DNA of 64,000 nucleotides from Histomonas meleagridis 2922-C6/04-290x (taxonomy: Eukaryota > Protista > Parabasalia), in assembly GCA_020184695.1 (NCBI GenBank), contig JAANOX010000082.1, positions 1 to 64,000 on the forward strand, read 5' to 3'. Below are positions 30,459 to 41,634 of the stretch, piece after piece (the first letter of the stretch is position 1; each line of letters starts with the position of its first letter). The position numbers and the translations under genes were made by a program. The notes beneath the pieces are model-generated. The model did no database searches. It was not told the DNA's origin and saw nothing but the letters and a program-made list of their open reading frames with translations.

Positions 30459-31790
30459 TTATTCAATACCGAAATTTTTTCTTTGTGTTTTCCAAAACAT
30501 TCTCTTTTCATGTGATCTGAAAGAAGCATCTACTCCATAAATCCAGTTAAACCAGAATATGAAAGCAGCAATCGCTAAAAGCCCAACCACCATCACAACC
30601 GCCACGTAAATCTTTTTCGGAACTCTACCCAAAAAGTGGCAGAACGCTAAAATTCCGAAAATTACAGAGATTTCGTAATGGTAGTTGAAGGTGCACCTTG
30701 TTACTGCTATGAATGGCAAATAAGATATTAGGTAACCGATTGCAAACAAGTAATCCTTTCTATTAATTGCTAAAATGAAGCCTATTAAAGATATAAATGC
30801 AACAACTGGATTGTTAAAGAAGAAAAGCAATGTTTTAAGCATATGTGCAGAGTATACCAAAATTGGTTGTGAAAGTGAAAGTGGCCATTCATACCATTTT
30901 GATTGATATGGATGTGTAAATTTCAGATTACTGTTATACCTGTACATAGCGGCTATTAAAAGAGTTATTCTTGTCAGCATTGGCTTTTGCCTGAAATCTG
31001 ATCTCATATACTTATCTCCAAAACCCCTTTTTGGCAATAATTTTAAATGTATTGCAATTGTTCCATACAAAATTAAAACACAAACAATGAAAATAACAAT
31101 ACCACGAACAACAAGACGAATGAACCATTGCGGAGATTTGTATAAAAGTCTCAAATGAGAAAATGCAATGTAAACAAGAACTGAAGCACCAGTGAACTTG
31201 ATTGAAATGCAACAACCTGCGCTAATAGCTTGTAGGATTAAGAGGGACCAACATTGGTTGCGCTCATAAAGAGATGTGAGAAATATTGTGAGTGATACAA
31301 AAAAGTAAAGAATACCATCTGTAAGAATGAGACGACTTTGAGTAATTGACATGAAATCAATGGCAAAAAGAAAGCCTCCGAAAAACGAAATTAAACAATT
31401 AACACCTTTGAGTAATAATGTTGCTGTAATGAGAGGTGAAACTAATGTACAGGAAATGGCAGGTAGAGCTCGTAAAGGAACGTAGAAGTTGCTAGTGTAC
31501 TTGACATCGGCTTTTGAAAAGTTAAATGATCCATCATATCCAGTTATTTTCCCAACGCCTGCAAGCATTAGTTTGGCAAGAGGAGGGTGTATATCAAAAA
31601 AGCAGATTCCGCGAATATAGTCACTAATAAAACCACCAAAATGTGTTTCATCAAAAACAACATATGGAATATGGGAAAGTTTCGGTAAATGAGTCAATGC
31701 AGCAACAGCGAAAGATAATAAAATTGTGATCCATTGTTTGGTGTTAAATAATAAACTTTTCTTACTCCGTTTTCTTTCTTTTTTTCCCAT
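30459..31790 (-). CDS. Protein O-mannosyltransferase-like (GT39/PMT) without MIR domains
   Basis: VVFDETHFGGF, FFDIHPPLAKL, QSRLILTD, KFTG, HPYQSKWYEWP, FNYHY and multiple TM segments; only 443 aa. Confidence 0.85.
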   Translation of the reverse strand: MGKKERKRSKKSLLFNTKQWITILLSFAVAALTHLPKLSHIPYVVFDETHFGGFISDYIRGICFFDIHPPLAKLMLAGVGKITGYDGSFNFSKADVKYTSNFYVPLRALPAISCTLVSPLITATLLLKGVNCLISFFGGFLFAIDFMSITQSRLILTDGILYFFVSLTIFLTSLYERNQCWSLLILQAISAGCCISIKFTGASVLVYIAFSHLRLLYKSPQWFIRLVVRGIVIFIVCVLILYGTIAIHLKLLPKRGFGDKYMRSDFRQKPMLTRITLLIAAMYRYNSNLKFTHPYQSKWYEWPLSLSQPILVYSAHMLKTLLFFFNNPVVAFISLIGFILAINRKDYLFAIGYLISYLPFIAVTRCTFNYHYEISVIFGILAFCHFLGRVPKKIYVAVVMVVGLLAIAAFIFWFNWIYGVDASFRSHEKRMFWKTQRKNFGIE

Positions 31791-31996
31791 TAAATCGAAA
31801 AAGTGTCAATTCAAATGGTTTTATGAAAAGGTGACAACCATTTTGGAAAAGTGCCAAATTGAACGATTGATCATCCAAACAACTGTTGTGGGGCGCCCCA
31901 AACGTCACTTTCCTATAATTTTAAATCATAACTTGAACAAAACCCAAAAAATATTGCACATTACAATTTGGTGTATTCATCGTCAATAAAAGAGAA

Positions 31997-32115
31997 ATAT
32001 TATTTCAAGTTATCAAGAGAATAAAAATGCAATTAATAAAGAAAATGGCATTAAATTATCTCATATTGAATAAGATCCATTTGCAAAATATTTTGAAGAA
32101 AACAGTTTTGTGTGA
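31997..32115 (+). pseudogene. Orphan cytoplasmic-tail remnant of a surface protein
   Basis: NIISSYQENKNAINKENGIKLSHIE*DPFAKYFEENSFV* resembles the tail of the 19983-23105 BspA. Confidence 0.5.
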
Positions 32116-32254
32116 AAATTTAATGTTATTATTGTATTTGCTATAAAAATAATATAATATATTATAGAAGGAAAAATAAGATTTCCCAAATAACAAAAAT
32201 GTTTGTGATTATTAAATTAATAAAATAATTATTTTGTGCTTAATATATGTTTAC

Positions 32255-32410
32255 TTATATCTGATTTCTAAATTTTTCTTCTTTGAAATCATCTGCAAAT
32301 GGATCTTCTTCTATATTTGAATTATTAATCCCAACTGAAAATGTATTATTATTATATTCATCTGAAATATTCATTTTTTCTTCATTTTGTTTTCGAAAAT
32401 AAGATTGAAC
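32255..32410 (-). pseudogene. Second orphan surface-protein tail remnant
   Basis: SYFRKQNEEKMNISDEYNNNTFSVGINNSNIEEDPFADDFKEEKFRNQI* has the same EEDPFAxDFKE motif and no upstream ORF. Confidence 0.65.
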
Positions 32411-32434
32411 ATAATTTACTGATCTAAAAATCAT

Positions 32435-32820
32435 AAAAAATTTAAGAAGACCATATTTCGTTCACCGTATGTCTAATGAAGAAATTCAACTAATGATACG
32501 TGATTAAGAACTATCGATTAAAGAAATCCAGAGAAATTATGCAGAACTTTCAAATAACAATTGGGAACTTCATAAGAAATTAATCGAAGAAGGACATAAT
32601 CCGATTGAAATTTCAACAATAATTCGTAATGATGAAATAGAAAAACTTCAAAAAATGTCATCACAATCAAAGTTAAATATGCGATTGCAGGTAGAAATTT
32701 AAAGATAATTCATTGGTGTGAACAAAACCATTCACCATTTAAAGGTGCATATGAAATTGCAATTTTCATCGAAATGCTATTTTTCATTATATTTATGAAA
32801 ATAAAATTTTCCAGAATTAG
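32435..32820 (+). pseudogene. Internally deleted remnant of the DUF3447-like ankyrin family
   Basis: NYAELSNNNWELHKKLIEEGHNPIEISTIIRNDEIEKLQ is joined out of frame to KYAIAGRNLKIIHWCEQNHSPF; about 54 codons present in gene 1 are missing. Confidence 0.75.
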
Positions 32821-32987
32821 GAAAAATATGTAATTTATCACATACAAATTTCACAAAGAAAATTTTACAGTAAATTTCGAAGTTGTACAACTTTAATTCA
32901 TTAAATACATATTCATTAACATACTTTGCATTTAATATGTTTTTTAGAAGAAATAAATTTAATAGATCAAAACTATTTTTTATTCAT

Positions 32988-35900
32988 TTATTCCACAAAT
33001 GAAAACGATGCAAGTAGTGGTGTTAATTCGACAACATCTTTATCATTTTCATCTTTATCTCTAAACATTTCATATATTAATGGATTTACCCAATTCTTGA
33101 CATATTGACTTGTTGCAATTTCCGAATCCCAATCCACCATTTTCCTTACTACGTTAGCATTCATTTGATATTTATTCTTATTAAACAATTTTTGTAGAAT
33201 TTGTTGTACGTTGCACTTTATGAATGTTGTCTTAACGTTCTCCTTAACGAACTCCAAGTATTCAATTAACGAATCCTCTGACGGTTCCAAGTAAATTGCT
33301 TTCATTAAATGATCGTTACATAAAATCTTAACGTGATCGCATAACGTGTCATAAGAATTTAAATTAATTGACGGCTTGTAATTATTGAGAAGTTTATCCA
33401 AAATTTTGACACCTAATTCTTGAGCGAACAAACAATCTTCTTTTGACTTTAAGTTCATAATCACTGTATCGATGTTATTTGAAAATGCATCACAAGTTTT
33501 AACTAAAGGTTTGTATACTTCGTAATCGAACTTATTATTCTTAATGTTTGAAGATTTCTTTAACCATAAATATTTGACTTGATTATTGTTTGTTTCTTCA
33601 ATAGCATTTCTAAGTTTGGAAAATATCGATATGAACGCTTCGTACATTTTATCATATGACTTATGGCAACTATTAAAACAGAAGTCGAATCCGAAGTTAA
33701 TTAAATATACAGAAGAAGCCCTAACGTTCAATCCGTTAAAAGCGTTTTCAATGAATTTCGATGTTTGATTAGCTAATGTACCTCCTTCGATACCAATTTT
33801 AGTTAATATCTTTATAGCTAATTGACATATTCGGTCATCTTGTGATAATAATGAAGGGCCAATAAACAATGTTAAGTATTGTTGGTGATAAATTTCCCAT
33901 TCATCTTTATGTGGCATTGATAAAGTAGTAAACTTCGGTGGCGTAATGAAATGAATAGGGAATGAAGCATTTGGCATTAACTCCTTAAAAATCGAAACTT
34001 GTCTTGTTAATGTATCACAATATTTAGGCTTAACTAATTGGCAAAAGACTGTTCCCATTAAATTAGGAATTGTTTCATAGATACGCTTTAATATATTAAA
34101 TAATTCTGTTGTTTGTGTTGGCTTTTGTTTAATGATTGATTGAGTCTTGAAATAAGCTATGATTGAAGCAGCAATTGTACGTCTTAAATCAATATGTAAT
34201 TTAGGATCTTGAATTATATAATTAATATAATCAAGACAATATTGAGGTATTGGATTACCACAATATTGTGGATCTAAACACCATGAAGAGACACGTGTAC
34301 GTGTATGTAATGTAAATGAATAATCTTTTAATGATACTAATGCTGAGATAAATGACTTTAATATTGTATCTTTTTTACTTTGTTGTGTTAATGATTGTAA
34401 TAATTTATTAATGATTTCTAAACATTCATAATTAAAGACATCGCAAGTAAATAACTTAAAGAATATTTTATAGACAATGTTCTTCTCATTTAATATCCAA
34501 TCATTTGATGTAATTTCTAAATCATTAAATGGTATTAATAAACATATAACTTGACAGAAATAACTACCAAAATGATCAATGTTATCATCACCTATTTTAA
34601 CTTTTAATGTATCTGGTGATAAAGATAAGAATTTCATTAAAGATTCTTCAAAGATATTAATGTTCATATTATTTAATATAACCGGATTATTAGTTAATAT
34701 TCGACTTAAATAACCTAATAATATTTTAGTAGATACATAATAATTAAGTCCTGTATTACTTGATGCTTTATAACTCTTTTTCTTATTCATTGTTTGAATA
34801 ACTCCTACTGTTTGTCCATTAGCTTTATAAAATAATGTTGGAGTAGGTTTAGGATTAGGGTTTTCTTTAGTAGGTTTAGGATCTTCTATTAAGAAATCTT
34901 TAATTAATAAATTATAGAAATGACTAAATAAATCAGAAGAATAATTAAATTCTTTCCAATTCTTTATATATTTAGATAATAATAATATAATATATTTTAA
35001 TCCTTCGCCATCTTCTTTAATTAATTCACATGCTTTTTCAAAATTAACTTTAAATAATGGTTCAAGGATTCGCTGTGTAACTGAAGAAATCCATTTCTCA
35101 TGGAATGGTCGACGTTTCAAATTTGATTTTCTCTTTCTAATAGTATTATAACCTGGTTTAACTTTACGTGGTTCAAGATATCGTTCATCATTATTCTTAA
35201 GTCGACAATATATTGATAAAGGAATATAATAACTTGCTTTAAGAACAAATGAGAAATATTCTTTAACTGGATAATTCTTAAGTTCTTTAGCTTCATTTAC
35301 ATTATAAGGTCTAAACTTTAATACTTTATCTAACATTTCAAATGTTTTAATACATTCGTCATCTTCTCCATCAAAGAATCGTCTAATAAATGAATCTTCT
35401 CCCATTAATGTTCGAGTGAATAATATTGTAGATTTAGATATTTTTAATTCATATGAAAGTTGTGCAAGATTCTTCTTATATGTAGCTAAACTATTAGTTG
35501 TTTCATAAGGGAAATCATTTTCAAGAGGTAACCTTAAAGTTTGTTCAACTGTTGGATAAAAGTTAATTTTCTTGATTAAATCAATCATTGAAGTTAATAA
35601 TTTAGTAGAAATATGATTTAATAATAAAGGATCATAATCATTAACTTTTTGATTTAATATACTTAAAATTTCTTTAATGACTGTTGTTGAAGTAGAAATT
35701 TGTGGTACTTCTGTAGTTTTGATTAATTCTCTTGTATAAACGTTTGTATTAATACATTGACCTTTACATTCAATATTTAATTTAGATGAAAATGGATCAG
35801 ATAATGCAATACGTGAAAACTTTTCAGGTATTAATAACTTCGATTGTTCATCTGATAATTTAATTAAAGACTTAAATCGATCTTCTGATATCATCTCATA

Positions 35901-38099
35901 TAAATTATAATTTGGTGTTATCGAACTATTAGTCTTATAAGTAAATGATTTAGATAAATCCATATTTAATTGTTTAAATAATATTGGTATTAGTTCTTTA
36001 TATACTTTATCAATGCCTGGGAAATGTATTGAATATGAACATTTTAGTAAATATTCAAAGAGAGTCATAGGTAATACACTAAATTTACTATGTGAATAAG
36101 GCATTTTAGATAATATATTCTCTTGTAATACATTAATGAATTTATCATTAGATTTAAATCCGACATAAATATATGCTGGATATAATATTGTAGTAACAAA
36201 TGTATCAATATTTGCATCTTGAACTTGTGATACATATTTACTTAATAAAAATCGACATAATCTAAAATATGCTTCAGATGATTTCTTATATATTTCTGCT
36301 TTATCTAATTTAATTGCAGTGAATGCTAATTTTCGTACGAATAATGAATATAAAGAAAATGCTTTAATAGCAATTCGTTCATCTTTATTTCTGAAATAAG
36401 GAATTAATAACTTTTCTATTACATGAATTGAAGCTTGAATTGCTTCTGAATTACGTGTTTCCTGATTAATTAATGGTGGAAAGTTTACTGTCGAATCCAA
36501 AAATCCATATTCATCACATTTATTATTATCACCTTTAATAGCATTTGCAAGTTTCTTTAAATCGGTGAATAATAATGATAATCCAATTGGTACTGTTGTA
36601 ATACATTTAGCTAATTCATGATTATATTGCTTTTTACCAGTTGGATCAGACATATATTCCGTTAATAATTCATCACGTAATTCAGGAGTTAACATATAAA
36701 ATGGATCTTTATATGTATCAATCGAAAATGTTTCTTTGGTGCCCCAATGTCTTTCGTTAAGTAATCCTTTCATTATATTATGTAACATTGTAGAATAGAA
36801 TTCAGGTGATCCTTGAACAATTTCTTGTTTATGATCGATAATATTACGGATTGTATTAATGACGATGTTTAAGATTAATTTATATGAAACTGAGACACAA
36901 TCCATTGGAATTGATGAATATGATGATAATGTATCATTTCCTTTGGTCATATATTTAATTAATGTCTTTAATAATTGGAATTTTCCGATGCGGTAGTTTT
37001 GGATCGTAACATATTCAAGTCGATTCATTAATGATGTCCATATGTTTGATAATGGATGTTCTTTTTCGTTGATGGATAAATATTTTAATGTATTAAGAAA
37101 ATTAATCGCACGTTTTGGTAATGATGAAAACATTTTAATATAATTATTAGTCAATGCGTCAAATCGAAATGAATGTGGTTCCGATTCAATTAATACTTTA
37201 AAACATCGTGGAAATATTACATCAAGAATTTGTTTGGTTGTAATAACTTTAAATCGAACAAAACGATGAAGTTTGAATTCTTTGTCATCAAGTTTATTTG
37301 ATAATAAAATATCAAACAACTTAAATTGTTCAACTTTCTCATATGGAAAGTTTAAAAGTGCTTTAGAAACTTCATCGCGAATAGATTTCTCACTAGCCCA
37401 AAGACTATTAAAATCTAAAAATATTTGGATGGAAGGGCGGAGAACGTTAACGTAATACTTTTGATCGTTAACATCATAACCGTTAAGTGCTGCAACAAGA
37501 ACTTCAGAAATAAGCTTCGCAAATGATTTCCGATAGAATAGTATACGTTGTGAAACAAAATAATTGATATTAAGATATGTATATATCTTACCGGGCTTAG
37601 TTTTAGAATAATGATACTTGGGATTAATTAAATAAGACCAGAGTTCTGGGATTTCTTTGTTCTTCTTTTTATCTGAGATCCTAGCACTAAAAGCTATTTT
37701 AAGATCATCATTAGATTGTAATGATAAAATCTCTTTTGAATATTGATAGGCCCAGCTATGTTGGTCAATGTGAACAAGCAAGGTCTTACCAATAGATTGT
37801 GATAAAGGAAGTTGATCATAGTTCTTGATCAATAAAACTAAAAGTTCCCTTTGAATTTCCTGAGTTCCTTTATCCATTAATTCTAAGGCTTTTTCCTCTG
37901 TGAGGGTTTTAAGAAATTCCCTTTGAGATTTAGCCTTTTTAAGGGCAATTAAAGCAAAGTGCGATAAATCGCTCATGAGCAATTCTGCTATCTTGTTCCA
38001 TTCGGAAAACATAACAAGAGCATGGGCATATGCTTCTGGTTTATCAATAAGTTGGTTAAAGTTGTCTTTAGTTATGGATTTCCAGTTGATAGTATCCAT
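32988..38099 (-). CDS. Hypothetical 1703-aa protein
   Basis: Long intact ORF in an AT-rich context, likely mostly helical; no recognised domain. Confidence 0.75.
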   Translation of the reverse strand: MDTINWKSITKDNFNQLIDKPEAYAHALVMFSEWNKIAELLMSDLSHFALIALKKAKSQREFLKTLTEEKALELMDKGTQEIQRELLVLLIKNYDQLPLSQSIGKTLLVHIDQHSWAYQYSKEILSLQSNDDLKIAFSARISDKKKNKEIPELWSYLINPKYHYSKTKPGKIYTYLNINYFVSQRILFYRKSFAKLISEVLVAALNGYDVNDQKYYVNVLRPSIQIFLDFNSLWASEKSIRDEVSKALLNFPYEKVEQFKLFDILLSNKLDDKEFKLHRFVRFKVITTKQILDVIFPRCFKVLIESEPHSFRFDALTNNYIKMFSSLPKRAINFLNTLKYLSINEKEHPLSNIWTSLMNRLEYVTIQNYRIGKFQLLKTLIKYMTKGNDTLSSYSSIPMDCVSVSYKLILNIVINTIRNIIDHKQEIVQGSPEFYSTMLHNIMKGLLNERHWGTKETFSIDTYKDPFYMLTPELRDELLTEYMSDPTGKKQYNHELAKCITTVPIGLSLLFTDLKKLANAIKGDNNKCDEYGFLDSTVNFPPLINQETRNSEAIQASIHVIEKLLIPYFRNKDERIAIKAFSLYSLFVRKLAFTAIKLDKAEIYKKSSEAYFRLCRFLLSKYVSQVQDANIDTFVTTILYPAYIYVGFKSNDKFINVLQENILSKMPYSHSKFSVLPMTLFEYLLKCSYSIHFPGIDKVYKELIPILFKQLNMDLSKSFTYKTNSSITPNYNLYEMISEDRFKSLIKLSDEQSKLLIPEKFSRIALSDPFSSKLNIECKGQCINTNVYTRELIKTTEVPQISTSTTVIKEILSILNQKVNDYDPLLLNHISTKLLTSMIDLIKKINFYPTVEQTLRLPLENDFPYETTNSLATYKKNLAQLSYELKISKSTILFTRTLMGEDSFIRRFFDGEDDECIKTFEMLDKVLKFRPYNVNEAKELKNYPVKEYFSFVLKASYYIPLSIYCRLKNNDERYLEPRKVKPGYNTIRKRKSNLKRRPFHEKWISSVTQRILEPLFKVNFEKACELIKEDGEGLKYIILLLSKYIKNWKEFNYSSDLFSHFYNLLIKDFLIEDPKPTKENPNPKPTPTLFYKANGQTVGVIQTMNKKKSYKASSNTGLNYYVSTKILLGYLSRILTNNPVILNNMNINIFEESLMKFLSLSPDTLKVKIGDDNIDHFGSYFCQVICLLIPFNDLEITSNDWILNEKNIVYKIFFKLFTCDVFNYECLEIINKLLQSLTQQSKKDTILKSFISALVSLKDYSFTLHTRTRVSSWCLDPQYCGNPIPQYCLDYINYIIQDPKLHIDLRRTIAASIIAYFKTQSIIKQKPTQTTELFNILKRIYETIPNLMGTVFCQLVKPKYCDTLTRQVSIFKELMPNASFPIHFITPPKFTTLSMPHKDEWEIYHQQYLTLFIGPSLLSQDDRICQLAIKILTKIGIEGGTLANQTSKFIENAFNGLNVRASSVYLINFGFDFCFNSCHKSYDKMYEAFISIFSKLRNAIEETNNNQVKYLWLKKSSNIKNNKFDYEVYKPLVKTCDAFSNNIDTVIMNLKSKEDCLFAQELGVKILDKLLNNYKPSINLNSYDTLCDHVKILCNDHLMKAIYLEPSEDSLIEYLEFVKENVKTTFIKCNVQQILQKLFNKNKYQMNANVVRKMVDWDSEIATSQYVKNWVNPLIYEMFRDKDENDKDVVELTPLLASFSFVE

Positions 38100-38308
38100 A
38101 TAAAAGTGAAGTGTTCACAATGGAAATTTTCATTGAAATAATGACAAGTTTTTCATTCAAAAAAATATTTGGTCAAAACGATACTGATTTTCAACACGTT
38201 CATTCTAAGCTTTGACACTTTTTTTGAATCGACTGTCGATTGCTGTTGTTTTGCGAAACAATCAGCAAATTATATATTAAATTATGTGTAATTTAGGGAA
38301 AATCGAAT

Positions 38309-38380
38309 GCTTTACTAGTCTAACGGTTAGAACAGTAGCTTTACACGCTATTGATCCAGGTTCGACTCCTGGGTAAAGCA
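38309..38380 (+). tRNA. tRNA-Val(TAC)
   Basis: Acceptor GCTTTAC/GTAAAGC, anticodon stem GTAGC/GCTAT with loop TTTACAC, T-arm CCAGG-TTCGACT-CCTGG, followed by a T-run. Confidence 0.92.
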
Positions 38381-38730
38381 AATTTTTTTTGAAATTTGTT
38401 CTCAATGAAATAAATTATCAAATTAAATGAAGCAAAAACATATATCGAAATGAATGTTGTATGAACAGTATTAAATACAATCACTATCCTTATTTTGAAA
38501 AATATAATTTAATGTTTTAAAATATTATTTTTTAAAATTTTTGATTTGAATCTTAATGTAGAGGCACATACATATTTAATAATGTTCAGACAATAAACAT
38601 GATAAAAAAAAGTTAGTAATCTAAAAAATGCAAAATACTGATATTTTTCTGACAATTGGAATGTTTGGTATAAAATCTTTACAAATTAAAATGTTTTATT
38701 TTTAAGGAAACATTTCAAATAAAATCGAAA

Positions 38731-38810
38731 GTTCATCTGGCCGAGTGGTCCAAGGCGCTAGTTTAAGGCACTAGTCCGAGAGGGCGTGGGTTCGAACCCC
38801 ACGGTGAACA
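38731..38810 (+). tRNA. tRNA-Leu(AAG)
   Basis: Acceptor GTTCATC/GGTGAAC, D-arm GGCCGAGTGGTCCAAGGC, loop TTAAGGC, long variable arm, GTGGG-TTCGAAC-CCCAC, followed by a T-run. Confidence 0.95.
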
Positions 38811-38859
38811 CTTTTTGTTTTTGAATACAATAACAAAAATTTTTTTATTTCTCATACTG

Positions 38860-39400
38860 TTTTATATCACTGCAATTATAGAATAAATAATTTCCAATTT
38901 TTGTAACTGTATATGGAATTTCAATGTTTGTATAAGAAATAGGATATAAGGCTGAATGAAATGTATACATTTAAAGCAATTGCTTCGCTTATTCATGATA
39001 CACATAAAAAATAATAATAACAAATTCTAATTATTGGAACTGAATTTGGAATTTTAAGTGTGTGAGCGCTGGGTAATACAATATTATTGAATGATCTTTG
39101 TTTACAAGAATTGCATTTATATTATCATAGAATAAGATACATTTTCACTCGATACTTTAATAAAAACACAAAACTTTCTTCAAATAGATCAGTTTAGAGT
39201 GAATTTAGCATTTTCATAATTAAAATATTTTTATAATACTAGAACTATAATTTACTATATATCAGATTAAAGAAATAGGTTCTCCTAATTTTTCTGGGAT
39301 CAAAATCCAACCATTAAAGGCATAATCGGCAAAAATATCAATACCATTAATAACAATGTGTTCTGCTCTTTCATATGTATTTCTTTAATTATATTCACAT
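38860..39400 (-). pseudogene. Degraded BspA-like LRR remnant
   Basis: Fragments TNIEIPYTVTKIGNYLFYNCSDI, LKIPNSV and GIDIFADYAFNG among stops and frameshifts. Confidence 0.55.
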
Positions 39401-40233
39401 AGAGAAGAAATATAAAGAGTTTCGGTAGAAGAATTAAACAAGATAATTTAAACAACATATGATTGGACATATTTCTCGTAATTTCAAAGGAACATTTTCA
39501 CCTTCATCTGGAAATTTATTCAGGTAAATATAATCATCTAAAGCTAACATTGTGTGATATGGATCTGGTGAATATGCTTAATGATTTTGAAATCGCCTTT
39601 TCTATTTTGTGCTGGTTTAATATATAATATCATTCCAAAAATAGAAATATTTAATTATGGAAATTTTGGTGTTCGTTTTGATTTAGTGAAAATTCGAATT
39701 ATTTGAAACAATACTTATGGATGCATGCAGCTATTTGAAGCGAACAGAAGCATCTAAGCTTTTACCTTTTTCTTTCTGTGTTCGAAGCAGCACGTTTTTC
39801 GACATCTCATCACTTTATCAAATCACAATACAATCTTCTCATTCAGACATATTTTGTTAGGAATACTGATGGCAAACCTTACACTCATTCTTCAGCCTCA
39901 GGAAGTGGTACAGTTGAAGACATTACCATTGATGCCAAAGGATCATATACCATACTTAAGCATCAATGATCTTGATGATAAAGTGAACATTGAAGAAAGT
40001 GTATTAATGAATTCATTATTCTATTTTACAACATTTGTATCTTATTCATAAAATGGCTACATCGTTAAATTACTTTTTGGAATCTTTCTTTCCTATAAAC
40101 ACATCATTAGAGGATGTAAAATGGTTGTTGAGGTAATTTCGAGTTTTTATGTTAAAAAATAAAATTAATATCTTTTTATTACAATTATTTTAACAACATT
40201 CAATTCTTAACGAAATAAAGAGAAACAATACAA

Positions 40234-41337
40234 TCAAATTGCTTCAATAATTTTTCCACCAGTTTTTAGCATCAAATCTTTTAAATGAGGATAAGCCTGA
40301 CTGAAAGCATATTCATCGAAACAATTAATGTACACATTTAATCCACTATCCATAATAACTTTTTCGTTATCTGTTATTGCTTTACAAATTAATTCGATTG
40401 GGTTTCCAAAGGCAAGTCCACCAACGAATGTCAACACGCATTTATTTGAACCTTTTCTTCCTGGGTACCTTATTGAATGATCTAAGGCAGCAAGAATTGT
40501 TGACTTATATTCAGAACGAAGTAAATTTCGAACAATACCAAATGTGAAGTCAGATTTGACAACCAGAGTCCTGAAATTGAACGATGATGCGTACACTTGG
40601 TGAGAAATGCGGCCAGGCTCTGATTCTTGGAAGTAATCATGGTTAGGGCCAGTACCATTTGGAGGATCTGCACGATTTGTAGTTACTTGACAGTTTTCAT
40701 GCACACCAACAAGATAATTATCTTCATTTGTCCAATCAAAATTACTTTTTTTGAGTAATTTCTCTTGAGATTTGGATATGGTGGCTTTCCCATGAGTAAT
40801 AGGAATTGGTGTTCGTTTTAATAATTCAATTTCAGAATCGATCTGTCCAATTTTTCCATCGTGAGGATAAAAATAATTTCGATATAAAATACTGGCTGGA
40901 GCAACAATGGCTGTGAGTGGGCCTTGGGTAAGGTCACATGCATAATTTGAAATACCATGAGACGCTGTGGATTTAGTTGAAGGAAATTCTAAACAATTAA
41001 AATTGGATGCTGCTTGAAATGTTGCGCCGTCAAAGGCTTCATTATTCTGATTTGTAACAATGTCATTAATTGAGAATTTTCCTGGTTTTACTCCATATCC
41101 ATGAATTATATGAAATTTTCCATTTCCTTTTTTTGGCAAATTAACATAGTCTGATGGTGAGCGTAAGTTGAAAAGCCCAGCATTAAAGCTCCTTTTATTT
41201 AAATTAGAAATAATTTCAACATTGGTATTCGAATTATGCTTTACCACGATGTTTTTATAAACGCTATCCACAGTTTCGTCAAAACCAAAATGATGGAAAA
41301 ACCATTTATCATTCGAATAAACTTTTCTTGTTATCAT
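40234..41337 (-). CDS. Conserved hypothetical protein with QAASNFNCLE / DxTQGP motifs
   Basis: Intact 367-aa ORF with motifs FQAASNFNCLEF, YACDLTQGP, VGVH and LTFVGGLAFGN, typical of an uncharacterised family (recalled, not searched). Confidence 0.65.
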   Translation of the reverse strand: MITRKVYSNDKWFFHHFGFDETVDSVYKNIVVKHNSNTNVEIISNLNKRSFNAGLFNLRSPSDYVNLPKKGNGKFHIIHGYGVKPGKFSINDIVTNQNNEAFDGATFQAASNFNCLEFPSTKSTASHGISNYACDLTQGPLTAIVAPASILYRNYFYPHDGKIGQIDSEIELLKRTPIPITHGKATISKSQEKLLKKSNFDWTNEDNYLVGVHENCQVTTNRADPPNGTGPNHDYFQESEPGRISHQVYASSFNFRTLVVKSDFTFGIVRNLLRSEYKSTILAALDHSIRYPGRKGSNKCVLTFVGGLAFGNPIELICKAITDNEKVIMDSGLNVYINCFDEYAFSQAYPHLKDLMLKTGGKIIEAI

Positions 41338-41634
41338 GATTTCAAATAGCTCCTGAGGAATAAACGGCTTAAAATGAATTTTATTTGCTTTAAAATCAAC
41401 AAAGAAATATTATAAAGTAATCAGGCAAATGTAAATAACATCCACTAAATTCAACAAAGAACAAATAAAGCAAAGGATTAGTGATTATTATTGCACACGA
41501 TATAAAGTTTCACATCTGTGAATAACTATTAAAAAGCAAACAAATATATCAACAAATAACAAAATCCCTTTTATTTAAAAAGCTTATTTAATGAATGTAC
41601 AAAAAAATATCAAATTTAGTTTTACAAATAATAG

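Noticed and set aside
39720-40150. Possible DDE transposase remnant (EDITIDAKGSY)
   Set aside because: Only a vague resemblance, with multiple stops and frameshifts and no terminal inverted repeats seen.
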